Source of the DNA: Alphaproteobacteria bacterium
Lineage (GTDB): Bacteria > Pseudomonadota > Alphaproteobacteria > SHVV01
NCBI GenBank assembly: GCA_965261735.1
Contig: OZ253470.1
Span: 4,928,001 to 4,992,000, forward strand
Length of the DNA stretch: 64,000 bases
Direction: 5' to 3'
In this document: piece after piece, positions 41,542-51,351 of the stretch
Position numbering within the stretch: position 1 is the stretch's first letter
Layout: every line of letters starts with the position of its first letter
Translations under genes and position numbers: made by a program
Notes under the pieces: generated by a model
Database searches by the model: none
The model's input: the letters and a program-made list of their open reading frames with translations, nothing else
Told to the model about the DNA's origin: nothing

Positions 41542-42269
41542 CAACCGTGGCGCCCGAAATAGAGCTCGCGGACGGCCGGGTCGGCGCGGATCTCCGCGTA
41601 ACTTCCGGAGCGCAGGAGCCTCCCGCTCGCCATCACCGTGACGGGACACGCGAGCTGCCGGATGAATCCCATGTCGTGCTCGATGACGAGAATGCTGGCC
41701 CCAAAGTCGGCGACGAGGCGCAGTACCAGGTCGGCGGTGGCCGAAGTCTCGGGCATGGTCATGCCCGCGGTCGGCTCGTCGAGCAGCAGCAGGCGCGCGT
41801 CGCCGGCGAGCAGCATGCCGATTTCCAGCCATTGGCGTTCGCCGTGCGACAGTGCGCCGGCCGCGACCGCACCCCTGCCGGCAAGGCCGACGCTGGCCGC
41901 GACCTCGTCCGCCTCGTGGGTGCGCACACCGGCCCATAGCGGAAGCGCACGGCCGGCCCAGCGCGGCACCATGAGATTCTGCGCCACCGTCAGTTCGTCG
42001 AACACGGCGGGCACCTGGAACTTGCGCCCAATACCGCGGCGCGCAACGGCGTGGGGGGCGAGGTCGGTGATGTCCTCGCCGTCGAAGACCACGCTCCCGG
42101 CACTCGGCGCCAGGGCACCGGTGATCAGGTTGAAAAGAGTCGACTTGCCGCAGCCGTTGGGCCCGACGAGCGCGTGCAGAGCGCCGCGCTCGAGGCGCAG
42201 GCTGAAGCGATCGACCGCGGCGAGGCCACCGAAGTCCTTGCACAACGCATCGAGTTCGAGAAACGCCAT
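41541..42269 (-). CDS. HAAT-type ABC ATPase (UrtD/LivG-like)
   Basis: GPNGCGKST, LSHGERQWLEIG, LDEPTAGM, IEHDM. Confidence 0.92.
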
Positions 42270-42414
42270 CTGCCCCCAGCGCCGGCGAATCACCGCCCCG
42301 GGGATTCATCATTCCCGAAATCCGGCGTGCGGCAAAATGCTTTCGCCTTGACGCGTGCGCTCATCGGCGCTTCAACATAGCAACCCCGTTCAGGCCCTCT
42401 TACGGAAAGCGCAC

Positions 42415-43611
42415 ATGACCAAGTTGGATCGCCGCCAATTCATCGCAACCGCGGCCGCAGCCGGGACCGCGGCCGGCGCTTCGGTTCTCGGGTTTCCGGC
42501 CATCGCTCAGGGCGCGCCTGTGAGGGTGGGTGCGGCCTTGCCGTTTTCGGGGGGGCTCGAGCTATTCGGCGACCAGGCGCGAATCGGTATCGATCTCGCG
42601 GTGGCGGAAATCAATGCCAACAGGGGCATCATGGGCCGCCCGGTCGAGGTTCTCTACGAGGACATGAAGACCGACCCCAAGACGGCGGCCGAGAAGGCGC
42701 GCAAGCTCATCCAACGCGACGGCGTGATCGCGGTGGCCGGGCCGATCACCTCGTCGGGGCGCAATGCGATGGCGCCGCACATGGCCCGGCTCAAGACGCC
42801 CCTGCTCTACGCCACGAACTATGAGGGGGCCGACGATCAGGGCAGCGGCTGCGGGCGCTACCTGTTCTTCTTCAACACCGTGCCCAACCAGGATACGGCC
42901 CCGCTCATCCCTTATCTCGCCAAGGAGGGGATCGGCACCTCCTACTACATGTTCGGCGCCAACTACGTGTGGCCGCGCAACATGTTCAAGGCGGCCAAGC
43001 AGATCATCAAGACCACCGGCGGTGCGGCCCGGGCGGAGGAGTTCACCCCCTTCGGCGTCGCCGATTTCACGTCAGTCATTCGCAAGGTCGCGGACTCCGG
43101 CGCCGACATTCTGCTCTTCGCGCTACCCGGCGCCGATGGCATCACCTTCATCAAACAGGCCGAGGAGTTCGGCCTGATGAACAAGGTGACGGTGGCCTTC
43201 CTCGGTTTCAGCGAGACCTATCTCGGCGCCTTCGGAGCCGGCAAAGGCGAGAACATGTATGTTTGCGTGCCCTTCGTCGCCGCCAGCCCCGAACCCGAGG
43301 TCGCGGACTTCGTCGCTCGGGTACGGCACATGCGCGGGCCCGACACGGGCGTTTCGCACTATGTCATGACCCACTACAACGCGATCATGGCGCTCAAGGC
43401 GGGGCTCGAGAGGCAAGGGACGATCGGGCGCGAGGAGGCGGTCGACGGCATGGCGGGGCTTAACTTTCGGATTCCGACGGGGCGCGCGCGCCTTACCGCC
43501 GGCGACCACCACACGGCCATGAACATGTACATCGCCAAAACCGAGGGCGGCATGCTCAGGGTGATCGAGCCGCTCGGCACCATCGAGCCTGAATCGGGCT
43601 GCCGTATTTGA
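42415..43611 (+). CDS. Tat-exported urea/amide-type substrate-binding protein (UrtA/AmiC-like)
   Basis: DRRQFI twin-arginine signal, SS.R.A, Y.TNYEG, PNQ, GANYVWPR; divergent from the permease operon. Confidence 0.88.
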   Translation: MTKLDRRQFIATAAAAGTAAGASVLGFPAIAQGAPVRVGAALPFSGGLELFGDQARIGIDLAVAEINANRGIMGRPVEVLYEDMKTDPKTAAEKARKLIQRDGVIAVAGPITSSGRNAMAPHMARLKTPLLYATNYEGADDQGSGCGRYLFFFNTVPNQDTAPLIPYLAKEGIGTSYYMFGANYVWPRNMFKAAKQIIKTTGGAARAEEFTPFGVADFTSVIRKVADSGADILLFALPGADGITFIKQAEEFGLMNKVTVAFLGFSETYLGAFGAGKGENMYVCVPFVAASPEPEVADFVARVRHMRGPDTGVSHYVMTHYNAIMALKAGLERQGTIGREEAVDGMAGLNFRIPTGRARLTAGDHHTAMNMYIAKTEGGMLRVIEPLGTIEPESGCRI

Positions 43612-43625
43612 CGATCGGCGCGCCG

Positions 43626-43901
43626 CTAGCGCGGCCACTCGCCATAAATCTGTAGCGCGAATCCAGTGGCAAGCACGAAGGCGCAGGCAATCGCCAGTCT
43701 CGAAGCGCCGAGGCGTTCGAACCACGATACCCGAGACGCGCCGCCGCCGACGTTGGCGGCGGGCACGGTCGCGGGCACCGTCGAGCCGCGGGCGACGTCC
43801 CAGGCGAAAGCGATCACGGCGAGAGTATCCAGGCCGAGGCCAACCACGCTGAACCAGGGCGGGCTCGGCAGCGTAAGTCCCATCATCACCGACTCGTTCA
43901 T
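43626..43901 (-). CDS. Small membrane hypothetical protein
   Basis: Two hydrophobic segments; GGAGGGG upstream of ATG 43901. Confidence 0.55.
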   Translation of the reverse strand: MNESVMMGLTLPSPPWFSVVGLGLDTLAVIAFAWDVARGSTVPATVPAANVGGGASRVSWFERLGASRLAIACAFVLATGFALQIYGEWPR

Positions 43902-43941
43902 GGGATGTCCCCTCCACTCTCCGAGTCGGCTCGAGCGCGGC

Positions 43942-44274
43942 TCACGCCCCCGGGCCGCCAAGGGAAACCGCGACCTCTTCCCAGTACTTGCCGGCGGCCA
44001 CGAGGCAGGTGAGGCCGTTGGCGGTGGTGACCAGGATCGACCAGGAGCCGCGCGGCGAGGCCAGCAGTTCGAGGACGCGGCCGTCGGCGGTGAGGCCCAT
44101 CGAAACAGGGCCTTCACCGTGGGAGCGCGCGAGTTGCTCCACCAGCCCGCTTCGCTCTCCGCAGGCGGCCTGCGCGGCCGCGGGGCGCACTGCCGTCAGA
44201 ACGGTAAATAAAGCGACAAAAGCGAGCAGGCTCGCGCCGATCGGTAGCACCTTGAGGAAATTGCGTTTGATCAT
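43942..44274 (-). CDS. Small secreted hypothetical protein with two Cys
   Basis: Signal peptide, CGER..L...L...GE....G, GSWSILVT..G.TCLVAAG..W pattern typical of small alphaproteobacterial secreted proteins. Confidence 0.75.
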   Translation of the reverse strand: MIKRNFLKVLPIGASLLAFVALFTVLTAVRPAAAQAACGERSGLVEQLARSHGEGPVSMGLTADGRVLELLASPRGSWSILVTTANGLTCLVAAGKYWEEVAVSLGGPGA

Positions 44275-44279
44275 CGTGG

Positions 44280-45145
44280 CTTGCCTATCCGGTTAACGCC
44301 CATGACCGCTACATGTAGGGTGCCACCACTCTCCCGAGTAAAGCTCGGCATAGGTTGGAGCAGAGGTGTCGCCCGCGATGCCGAGCAATGAGCGGAAGGC
44401 GTTGAACGGGTAGAACCGCCTGTTGAAGCGGAAGGTGAACTCGTTGAGGTAGGCTTGTAGGTGCTGGTGGCTAACGCCGTGGTGGATACCGATCAGCCAC
44501 GTCTTCAGGTTGGCGAAAACCAGATGGATGATCGGCAGGTATTGCTCGGCAACCTCTGGATCACCACACTCGGCAACAGCGAAGTGCTCATAGCCGCGCT
44601 TACCGAGGCCAGCATAGCCGCTCCAATCGTCAGTAACGATCAGCGATCGCGGCGCGACGGTGCTCTCGACGAACCCACAGAGCGACTCGGCGCTACGGTC
44701 GAGCACGACGGCGAGCCGAACGCGTCCGGCATAGCGTCCGTCTTTCCGGTTGTCGAGCTTGGTGCCCGGCTTTCGATGACGCACCTCGATGGCACAGGAG
44801 ACGGGAACCTTGTGGTGAACACCACGGCCTTCCCCACGCGTTCGCCCGCCAACCCAGGTTTCGTCCACCTCAACATGGTTCTTGGGCTGTCCACCGATCC
44901 TGTCTTGGTTGGGCCGCACCATGCCCGAGCGGAGCTTGTGGAGAATTTGAAAGGCCGTCTCCCCAGCGGGCTTTCTCCAGGTAGGCGGCGCAGGCCGCAT
45001 CATCGGGGAAAAGTCGCTGGAACTCGGGTAGCGAATGCGGGAATGGGAGATCGGCGCGGTCGAGAACATCCATGGCGCGCTCCCCTATATCCGGTTTGCG
45101 CCCACTCTAGCCCTAGTGGGTGTGGGTGTAAACCGGATAGGCAAG
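44280..45145 (-). mobile_element. IS1595-family (ISSod11-like) element, copy 3, same internal deletion as copy 1
   Basis: Perfect IR CTTGCCTATCCGGTT / AACCGGATAGGCAAG; 8-bp TSD CATCGTGG (44272-44279, 45146-45153). Confidence 0.95.
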
Positions 45146-45207
45146 CATCGTGGCCTCCAACTTGGCAACTACGACCTTCTCCCCGCGCCTTGTTATTTGG
45201 CGCGGCC

Positions 45208-46360
45208 TAGTGGATTGATCGGAACGAAAGAGTCCGATTTGAGATTCCGTATTGTGCGGTGTCATGCGAGTCTGTGCTATGCGCACCGGCATCCATTTTA
45301 CTGTCACGTCTGGCGACCGTCAGCGATTGCAAGCTATCGTCGCGGACCCGAAGAGCTCGCAGAAACATGTCTGGCGGGCGCGGATCATCCTGAAGAGCGA
45401 CGAGGGGCTCGGGAACTCGTCGATCATGGCCGAGACCGGCAAGTCCAAGACCTGTGTCTGGCGCTGGCAGGAGCGGTTCATGCACGAGGGTGTCAACGGC
45501 TTGCTTCGCGACAGGTCCCGTCCGCCTGGCAAAGCGCCGATCCCGCCGGAGCGCGTCGCCGAGATCGTCCGCCTGACCCAGCAAGCGCCGCCGCACGAGG
45601 CGACCCACTGGACGCTGCGCGCGATGGCGAAGGTTGCTGGCGTCGCGGCGTCGACGGTCCAAGCGATCTGGAAGGCCCATGGCCTCAGCCCGCACCGCTG
45701 GCGGCACTTCAAGCTCTCCAATGATCCCGCCTTCGCCGAGAAGCTCACAGATATCGTCGGCTTGTATGTCGATCCGCCGGCCCATGCCGTGGTGCTGTCG
45801 GTTGATGAGAAATCACAGATCCAGGCGCTCGACCGCACCCAACCCGGCTTGCCGATGAAGAAGGGCCGCGCCGGTACGATGACCTATGATTACAAACGGC
45901 ATGGCACGACGACGCTGTTCGCCGCGCTCAACGTGCTGGACGGTACGGTCATCGCACAGAACATGCAGCGCCACCGCCATCAGGAGTTCATCCGCTTCCT
46001 CAACCGCATCGAGCGCGAGGTGCCGACGGACAAGGCCGTCCACGTCATCCTCGACAACTACGCCGCGCACAAGAAGGACAAGGTCCGCGCCTGGCTCGCC
46101 CGCCATCCACGCTGGACCTTCCACTTCACGCCAACCTCGTGCTCGTGGCTCAATGCCGTCGAGGGCTTCTTCGCCAAACTAACGCGGCGCAGGCTCAAAT
46201 ACGGCGTCTTCCAATCCGTCGTCGACCTTCAGGACGCCATCAACCGATTTGTCCGCGAATACAATGACGCAAACCCAAAACCCTTCATCTGGAAAGCCGA
46301 CCCCGATCATATCATCGCCGCACGAAACAGAGGGTTCCAAACGTTGGAATCAATCCACTA
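45208..46360 (+). mobile_element. IS630-family element (intact)
   Basis: Ends CTAGTGGATTGAT / ATCAATCCACTAG with the TA-centred CTAG typical of IS630 targets. Confidence 0.93.
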
Positions 46361-46361
46361 G
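45279..46361 (+). CDS. IS630-family transposase
   Basis: SVDEKSQIQAL, YKRHGT, ILDNYAAH, SWLNAVE; the stop codon lies in the right end. Confidence 0.95.
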   Translation: MRTGIHFTVTSGDRQRLQAIVADPKSSQKHVWRARIILKSDEGLGNSSIMAETGKSKTCVWRWQERFMHEGVNGLLRDRSRPPGKAPIPPERVAEIVRLTQQAPPHEATHWTLRAMAKVAGVAASTVQAIWKAHGLSPHRWRHFKLSNDPAFAEKLTDIVGLYVDPPAHAVVLSVDEKSQIQALDRTQPGLPMKKGRAGTMTYDYKRHGTTTLFAALNVLDGTVIAQNMQRHRHQEFIRFLNRIEREVPTDKAVHVILDNYAAHKKDKVRAWLARHPRWTFHFTPTSCSWLNAVEGFFAKLTRRRLKYGVFQSVVDLQDAINRFVREYNDANPKPFIWKADPDHIIAARNRGFQTLESIH

Positions 46362-46368
46362 GACGGTC

Positions 46369-46404
46369 GACCAATCACCGACGATAACTAGTCGGTGATT
46401 GGTC
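46369..46404. repeat. Perfect 14-bp inverted repeat with 8-nt spacer
   Basis: GACCAATCACCGAC-GATAACTA-GTCGGTGATTGGTC. Confidence 0.85.
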
Positions 46405-46457
46405 CGTGACATTGGCCTTGGAGGCGGCGCAGGCGCTGGATCACGCGGGGAAGGAGG

Positions 46458-47270
46458 CTTGCCTATCCGGGTTACACCCACACCCACTAGGGCTAGAATG
46501 GGCGCAACCCGGATATAGGGGAGCGCGCCATGGATGTTCTCGACCGCGCCGATCTCCCATTCCCGCATTCGCTACCCGAGTTCCAGCGACTTTTCCCCGA
46601 TGATGCGGCCTGCGCCGCCTACCTGGAGAAAGCCCGCTGGGGAGACGGCTTTGCCTGCCCGCACTGCGGCACGGCGGGAGAGCCGTTCCACTTTGAAAAC
46701 CGCCCTGGCGTCCTGCGCTGCCGCAAGTGCCGCCAGAACACCGGGCTGACGGTGGGAACAGTGATGGAGCGTAGCCACACTCCGCTGAACGTCTGGTTCT
46801 GGGCCGCTTATCTGGTCGCCAGTCAGACGCCCGGCATGTCCGCCGTGCAGTTTCAGCGGCAACTTGGTCTTTCGCGCTACGAGACGGCCTTTCAAATTCT
46901 CCACAAGCTCCGCTCGGGCATGGTGCGGCCCAACCAAGACAGGATCGGTGGACAGCCCAAGAACCATGTTGAGGTGGACGAAACCTGGGTTGGCGGGCGA
47001 ACGCGTGGGGAAGGCCGTGGTGTTCACCACAAGGTTCCCGTCTCCTGTGCCATCGAGGTGCGTCATCGAAAGCCGGGCACCAAGCTCGACAACCGGAAAG
47101 ACGGACGCTATGCCGGACGCGTTCGGCTCGCCGTCGTGCTCGACCGTAGCGCCGAGTCGCTCTGTGGGTTCGTCGAGAGCACCGTCGCGCCGCGATCGCT
47201 GATCGTTACTGACGATTGGAGCGGCTATGCTGGCCTCGGTAACGCCTTCCGCTCATTGCTCGGCATCGCG
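46458..47270 (+). mobile_element. IS1595-family (ISSod11-like) element, copy 4, 3'-deleted and truncated
   Basis: Left end CTTGCCTATCCGG; intact zinc ribbon (CPHC...CRKC); 198-bp internal deletion relative to copy 2; right IR and TSD absent. Confidence 0.92.
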
Positions 47271-47844
47271 CCGCGCGCTCGGCCGTGAGGTTGGCGCTCC
47301 ATGCCAGCACCTTCATGTCGAAGGCACGGCCGATGGCGGCCACGCGCGCACCTAGGCGGCCGAGCCCGATCACGCCCAGTGTGCGCCCCGCGAGGTCGAC
47401 GCCGATGGTCGACTGCCAGGCGCCCGAGCGCAGCGTGCGATCCTCGCTCGGAATGTGCCGTGCGAGCGCGAGGATCAGCCCCCACGTGAGTTCGGCGGTG
47501 GCCCGCCCCGACCCCTCGGTGCCACACACGGTGATGCCGAGCTCGGCGGCTGCCGCCACGTCGATTGCCGCGTTGCGCTGGCCCGTCGTAACGAGCAGCC
47601 TTAGCTTCGGCAACCGCTCGAGCAGCTCGCGGCCGAACCGCGTTCGCTCGCGCATGATCGAGATGATGTCGAAACCGTCTAGGCGGCGGGCCAGTGCGTC
47701 GACGGCGCTCACCGGGTCGCGGAACACGCTGACCTCGGCGTCAGGCGCCAACACGCTCCAGTCGGCCATTTCCAGGGCGACGCCCTGGTAGTCGTCGAGG
47801 ACGGCGATCCGGACCGGACGCGGGATGGTGCCGCTGCGCGTCAT
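47271..47844 (-). pseudogene. D-2-hydroxyacid dehydrogenase, 3'-truncated
   Basis: IAVLDDYQ, MRERT, TAELTW, GVIGLGRLG, WSANLT; the sequence then joins IS1595 copy 4 abruptly. Confidence 0.9.
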
Positions 47845-47931
47845 CGCGATTCCTCCAAGGGTGTTGAATGCGGTGTCCTGGGGTCCAAGATACCATGGGA
47901 GGCGCCGGTCAACGGCGCGAGGAGATCCGCC

Positions 47932-48570
47932 ATGCGCACCCCCAAACTTTCCCGCCGGCACCTCGTGGCCTCCGCGTTCTCGTTGGCGGCACTTGCCGCG
48001 GCGCGGCCCCTGCACGCCGCCGTGGGGACAACCCCGCGCCAGGGCGAAGGGCCGTTCTACCCGCGGCGGCTTCCGGCGGACGCCGACAACGATCTGGTCA
48101 ACGTCGCCGGCCGGCCTGAGCGGGCAGCCGGCGATATCGCGCACGTCAGCGGCCGCGTCCTAGATACGAACGGCCGACCGCTCGACGGCGTACGCGTCGA
48201 GATCTGGCAGTGCGACGCCTTCGGTGCCTACCACCACCCGCGCGATTCGCGGGGGCCGGCGGACCCTAATTTTCAGGGCTACGGCCAGACGATGACGGGC
48301 GCCGACGGCACTTACCGCTTCCGCACCATCCGGCCCGTTCCTTACTCAGGGCGGGCCCCGCACATCCACTTCAAGCTATCGAGGAACGCTCGCCACGTTC
48401 TGACCACGCAGCTCTACGCCGCCGACGGCGCCGGCAACGACAGGGACCCGCTGCTGCGCAGAGTGCGTGATCCGCACGCCCGGGCACGGCTCGTCGCGCC
48501 GTTCCGCCCGGCGCCCGAAATCGAGTCGGGTGCCCTGGCCGCCACCTTCGACATCGTGCTCCGCGCCTGA
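47932..48570 (+). CDS. Intradiol ring-cleavage dioxygenase-like protein with Tat signal
   Basis: SRRHLV signal; EGPFYP, EIWQCD..G.Y, FRTIRP.PY, R.PHIHF. Confidence 0.88.
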   Translation: MRTPKLSRRHLVASAFSLAALAAARPLHAAVGTTPRQGEGPFYPRRLPADADNDLVNVAGRPERAAGDIAHVSGRVLDTNGRPLDGVRVEIWQCDAFGAYHHPRDSRGPADPNFQGYGQTMTGADGTYRFRTIRPVPYSGRAPHIHFKLSRNARHVLTTQLYAADGAGNDRDPLLRRVRDPHARARLVAPFRPAPEIESGALAATFDIVLRA

Positions 48571-48589
48571 AGCGCCGAGCGCCGGCGCC

Positions 48590-49936
48590 TTACGCGAGGG
48601 TCACGTCCGCCCTCTGAGCGGGCGGGTCCTCGAGGATCCGCTCGGTGAGCTTGCGCGCGGTTTCGTGCAGCAGCTCGAGGTCCTGCTCCGGCGTCGGCGC
48701 GGGCGGGACCCGCAGGACGGCGTCGTTACCGTAGGTCGGAATGACGCCGTTGCCGGCGCGCGACAGGCCCTTGGGCTCCTTGCCCTCGCGCACGGCCTCG
48801 ATGCCCTCGCGCACCATTCGCCGGAATATGGCGACGCCACGGTCGGTCGCCGTGAGGTGCTCGGTGGCATGGCGCGCAATGGCGCGCTGTCCCACTTGGG
48901 CTTCGTAGTCTCCCGGCGTGCGCTGCATCTCGTCGTAGCTGCGCTCGCCATAGTTGGCGCGAAGCGCGATATTCGGCCTGGTGATGTAGGTGTTTTCCTG
49001 ACCGGGACGGAGGCGGACGAAGGCGTACTCCATCGTGCTCGTATCGTCGACGGGAACCCGCCAGCGGGTAATGCGGGGCAGGTACGTATTCTCGGTCTCG
49101 CCGTCCTTGTACTTTGTCGGGAACGAAGGGGATTGCGCGATCTGCGCGATGTTGGGGCAGATGAATTCGAGCGTGCGTACCCAGATCTCCTCGTCCACGC
49201 GCCGGGTCTCCTGGCATAGGACGCCGTGCTCGGTTTCGACGAACTCGCACTCGCCGATCTTGGCCAGCGCCGTCACCGGCTTGCCGTCATCGCTGAAGAA
49301 CTGATAGCCGCTGATGGTGGCGTGCAGAAACGCCTCATGGGCGATGTCGAGGACATTGTCCATGATCTGGACCCAGTTGCAGGGCTTGATGTTGGGTACC
49401 CCAATAAGCTCGCCGAAGCCGAGCTCGTAGCCCGGCAACTCAAATGAATCGAGAACCGGGAACGGCGGCGTCGTGTCGGGCGGGCCCATATAGGTGAAGA
49501 TCATGTCGCCATAGACGTGGAGCGGATACGCGCCGTGGCACAGCCGATCCTTCAGGGTGCTGTCGGCGGGCTCGTTGGGCGTCTCGAGAATCCGGCCGTC
49601 GACATCGAAGAGCCACGAGTGGTAGCAGCAGCGAATGCCGTGCTCCTCGATCTTGCCGTATTCGAGCGAGGTGCCGCGGTGACTGCAATGGCGCTCGAGC
49701 AGGCCGAACTGGCCACTCTTGTCGCGAAACAGAACGAGGTCCTCGCCGAGCACGCGGACGGCGAGCGGCAGGTCCTTGAGGTCGGGGGCGTGCGCGATGG
49801 GGTGCCAGAAGCGCCGCAAGTACTCCCCGCCCGGCGTTCCCGGGCCGACGTGGGTCAGCTCCTCATCCTCGTTGGGGACCTGGTTTTGGTGGTAGGCGCC
49901 ATAGGTCTGCCGAAGGAAGCGCTTCTGTTCCGCCAT
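48590..49936 (-). CDS. Rieske non-heme iron oxygenase (phthalate 4,5-dioxygenase-like)
   Basis: GPGTP.GE.LRR.W, CSHRG...CCYH, N..D..H..FLH. Confidence 0.92.
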   Translation of the reverse strand: MAEQKRFLRQTYGAYHQNQVPNEDEELTHVGPGTPGGEYLRRFWHPIAHAPDLKDLPLAVRVLGEDLVLFRDKSGQFGLLERHCSHRGTSLEYGKIEEHGIRCCYHSWLFDVDGRILETPNEPADSTLKDRLCHGAYPLHVYGDMIFTYMGPPDTTPPFPVLDSFELPGYELGFGELIGVPNIKPCNWVQIMDNVLDIAHEAFLHATISGYQFFSDDGKPVTALAKIGECEFVETEHGVLCQETRRVDEEIWVRTLEFICPNIAQIAQSPSFPTKYKDGETENTYLPRITRWRVPVDDTSTMEYAFVRLRPGQENTYITRPNIALRANYGERSYDEMQRTPGDYEAQVGQRAIARHATEHLTATDRGVAIFRRMVREGIEAVREGKEPKGLSRAGNGVIPTYGNDAVLRVPPAPTPEQDLELLHETARKLTERILEDPPAQRADVTLA

Positions 49937-50111
49937 CGTCTGTTGCCCTTCCAGTCCGTCAAGTCCGGCCCCGAGCCGGACCAGAATACACCGTCACGAT
50001 AGTATAAACCGGACCAACGTCAAATCCCTTCGCGGCCCGCTAATCGATGCGCGCCGCGGCCCGCATCCGTTATGATGGACGGCACACGCCGCCGCCACGG
50101 AGAACGGATCG

Positions 50112-51260
50112 ATGACATCCCTTCACGCTTCTGCTGGGCCGGCGCCCGGCCAGGGTCTCGATGAAGTCCGCGCGCCCTTGGATCGGGCGCGACATGCGCC
50201 CGGCTACTATTACGGCTCGCCCGAAATCTTCAGGCTCGAGAAGGAGAGGGTCTTCCTCAAGGACTGGCTCTATGTCGCCCGCGAGGAAGAGGTCGAGAAC
50301 CCGGGCGACTACCTCGCCTTTCGCATCATGGGCGAGCCCGTCCTCGTCGTTCGGGATCAGGAGGGCGCGCTCAATGCCTTCGCCAATGTCTGCCTCCACC
50401 GCGGTGTCGAGGTGGCCCACGGTCAGGGCACGGCGAAGCAGTTCAGCTGCCCCTACCACGGCTGGCGCTATGGCCTCGATGGCCGCCTCGCCGGCGCCTC
50501 GTTCATGGAGCACGCCGAGGGCTTCGATCCCGAGAACTGCCGTCTGGCCCCGCTCAGGATCGGTGTCTGGGCGCGCAACGTTTTCATCTCTTTCGATCCG
50601 GAGGTGCTGCCCCTGGCCGATTTCGTCGCGCCCTGGGAGCACGACTTCGGGTTCCTGCGGCAGGAAGACTGCCGGCTCGGCAACAAGGTCGTGGTCGAGC
50701 TCGACTGTAACTGGAAGTTCGCCAGCGAGAACCTGATGGACTTCTATCATGTCGGCGTTTTGCACGTGAATACCTTCGGCGCCAAGTTCGCGGTCACCGA
50801 CGACGACGTGACGACGAAGGAAAAAGGCGGGCTCAGCATCTTCTACAAGGCCGCCGCTCCGGTGCCGGGCGGCCAATCCCTGTTCGGTAAGATGCCGTGG
50901 CTCTCCGATCAGCTCGACAGCTTCGCGTGCACCGGCTACCTAGCGCCCAACCTCCACATCTTCGGCCGCATCGATTGCGTCCGCCCGATCGTCATCTGGC
51001 CGCTATCGCCCGACAGCTGCCGCATGATGTGCTACCACCTGTTTCCGAAGGAGCTCCTCGCACGGGCGGACTTCGCCGAGAAGAGCAAGGTCTATCACGA
51101 CTATCAGGTGGAGGTGCTCGAGGAGGACCGGTCGATGATCCAGTCGATGCAGCACGCCACGGGCGCATCGACCTTCCGTCCCGGCGCGCTATCGACGCTG
51201 GAGCGCCCCATCCACAACGCCGTCAATTATCACCTCGAGCGCCTCTTCGCCGAATCATAG
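50112..51260 (+). CDS. Rieske oxygenase alpha subunit (choline/carnitine monooxygenase-like)
   Basis: NVCLHRG...CPYHGW, NWK...EN..D.YH....H, EED. Confidence 0.9.
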   Translation: MTSLHASAGPAPGQGLDEVRAPLDRARHAPGYYYGSPEIFRLEKERVFLKDWLYVAREEEVENPGDYLAFRIMGEPVLVVRDQEGALNAFANVCLHRGVEVAHGQGTAKQFSCPYHGWRYGLDGRLAGASFMEHAEGFDPENCRLAPLRIGVWARNVFISFDPEVLPLADFVAPWEHDFGFLRQEDCRLGNKVVVELDCNWKFASENLMDFYHVGVLHVNTFGAKFAVTDDDVTTKEKGGLSIFYKAAAPVPGGQSLFGKMPWLSDQLDSFACTGYLAPNLHIFGRIDCVRPIVIWPLSPDSCRMMCYHLFPKELLARADFAEKSKVYHDYQVEVLEEDRSMIQSMQHATGASTFRPGALSTLERPIHNAVNYHLERLFAES

Positions 51261-51292
51261 AAAAGCGCCGGTACCCTGTGGGGCACCGGCGC
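51261..51292 (-). terminator. Hairpin terminator between convergent genes
   Basis: GCGCCGGT.CCC-TGT-GGG.ACCGGCGC stem with T4 on the minus strand. Confidence 0.6.
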
Positions 51293-51351
51293 CAATCGTC
51301 ACAAAGCGTCACTCGGTCGATCGGGCCGCAGGTCGCGGCCCCTGTAGCGGC

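Noticed and set aside
44280-47270. Inverted IS1595 copies 3 and 4 flanking IS630 as one composite unit
   Set aside because: Copy 3 has its own TSD and copy 4 lacks its outer end.
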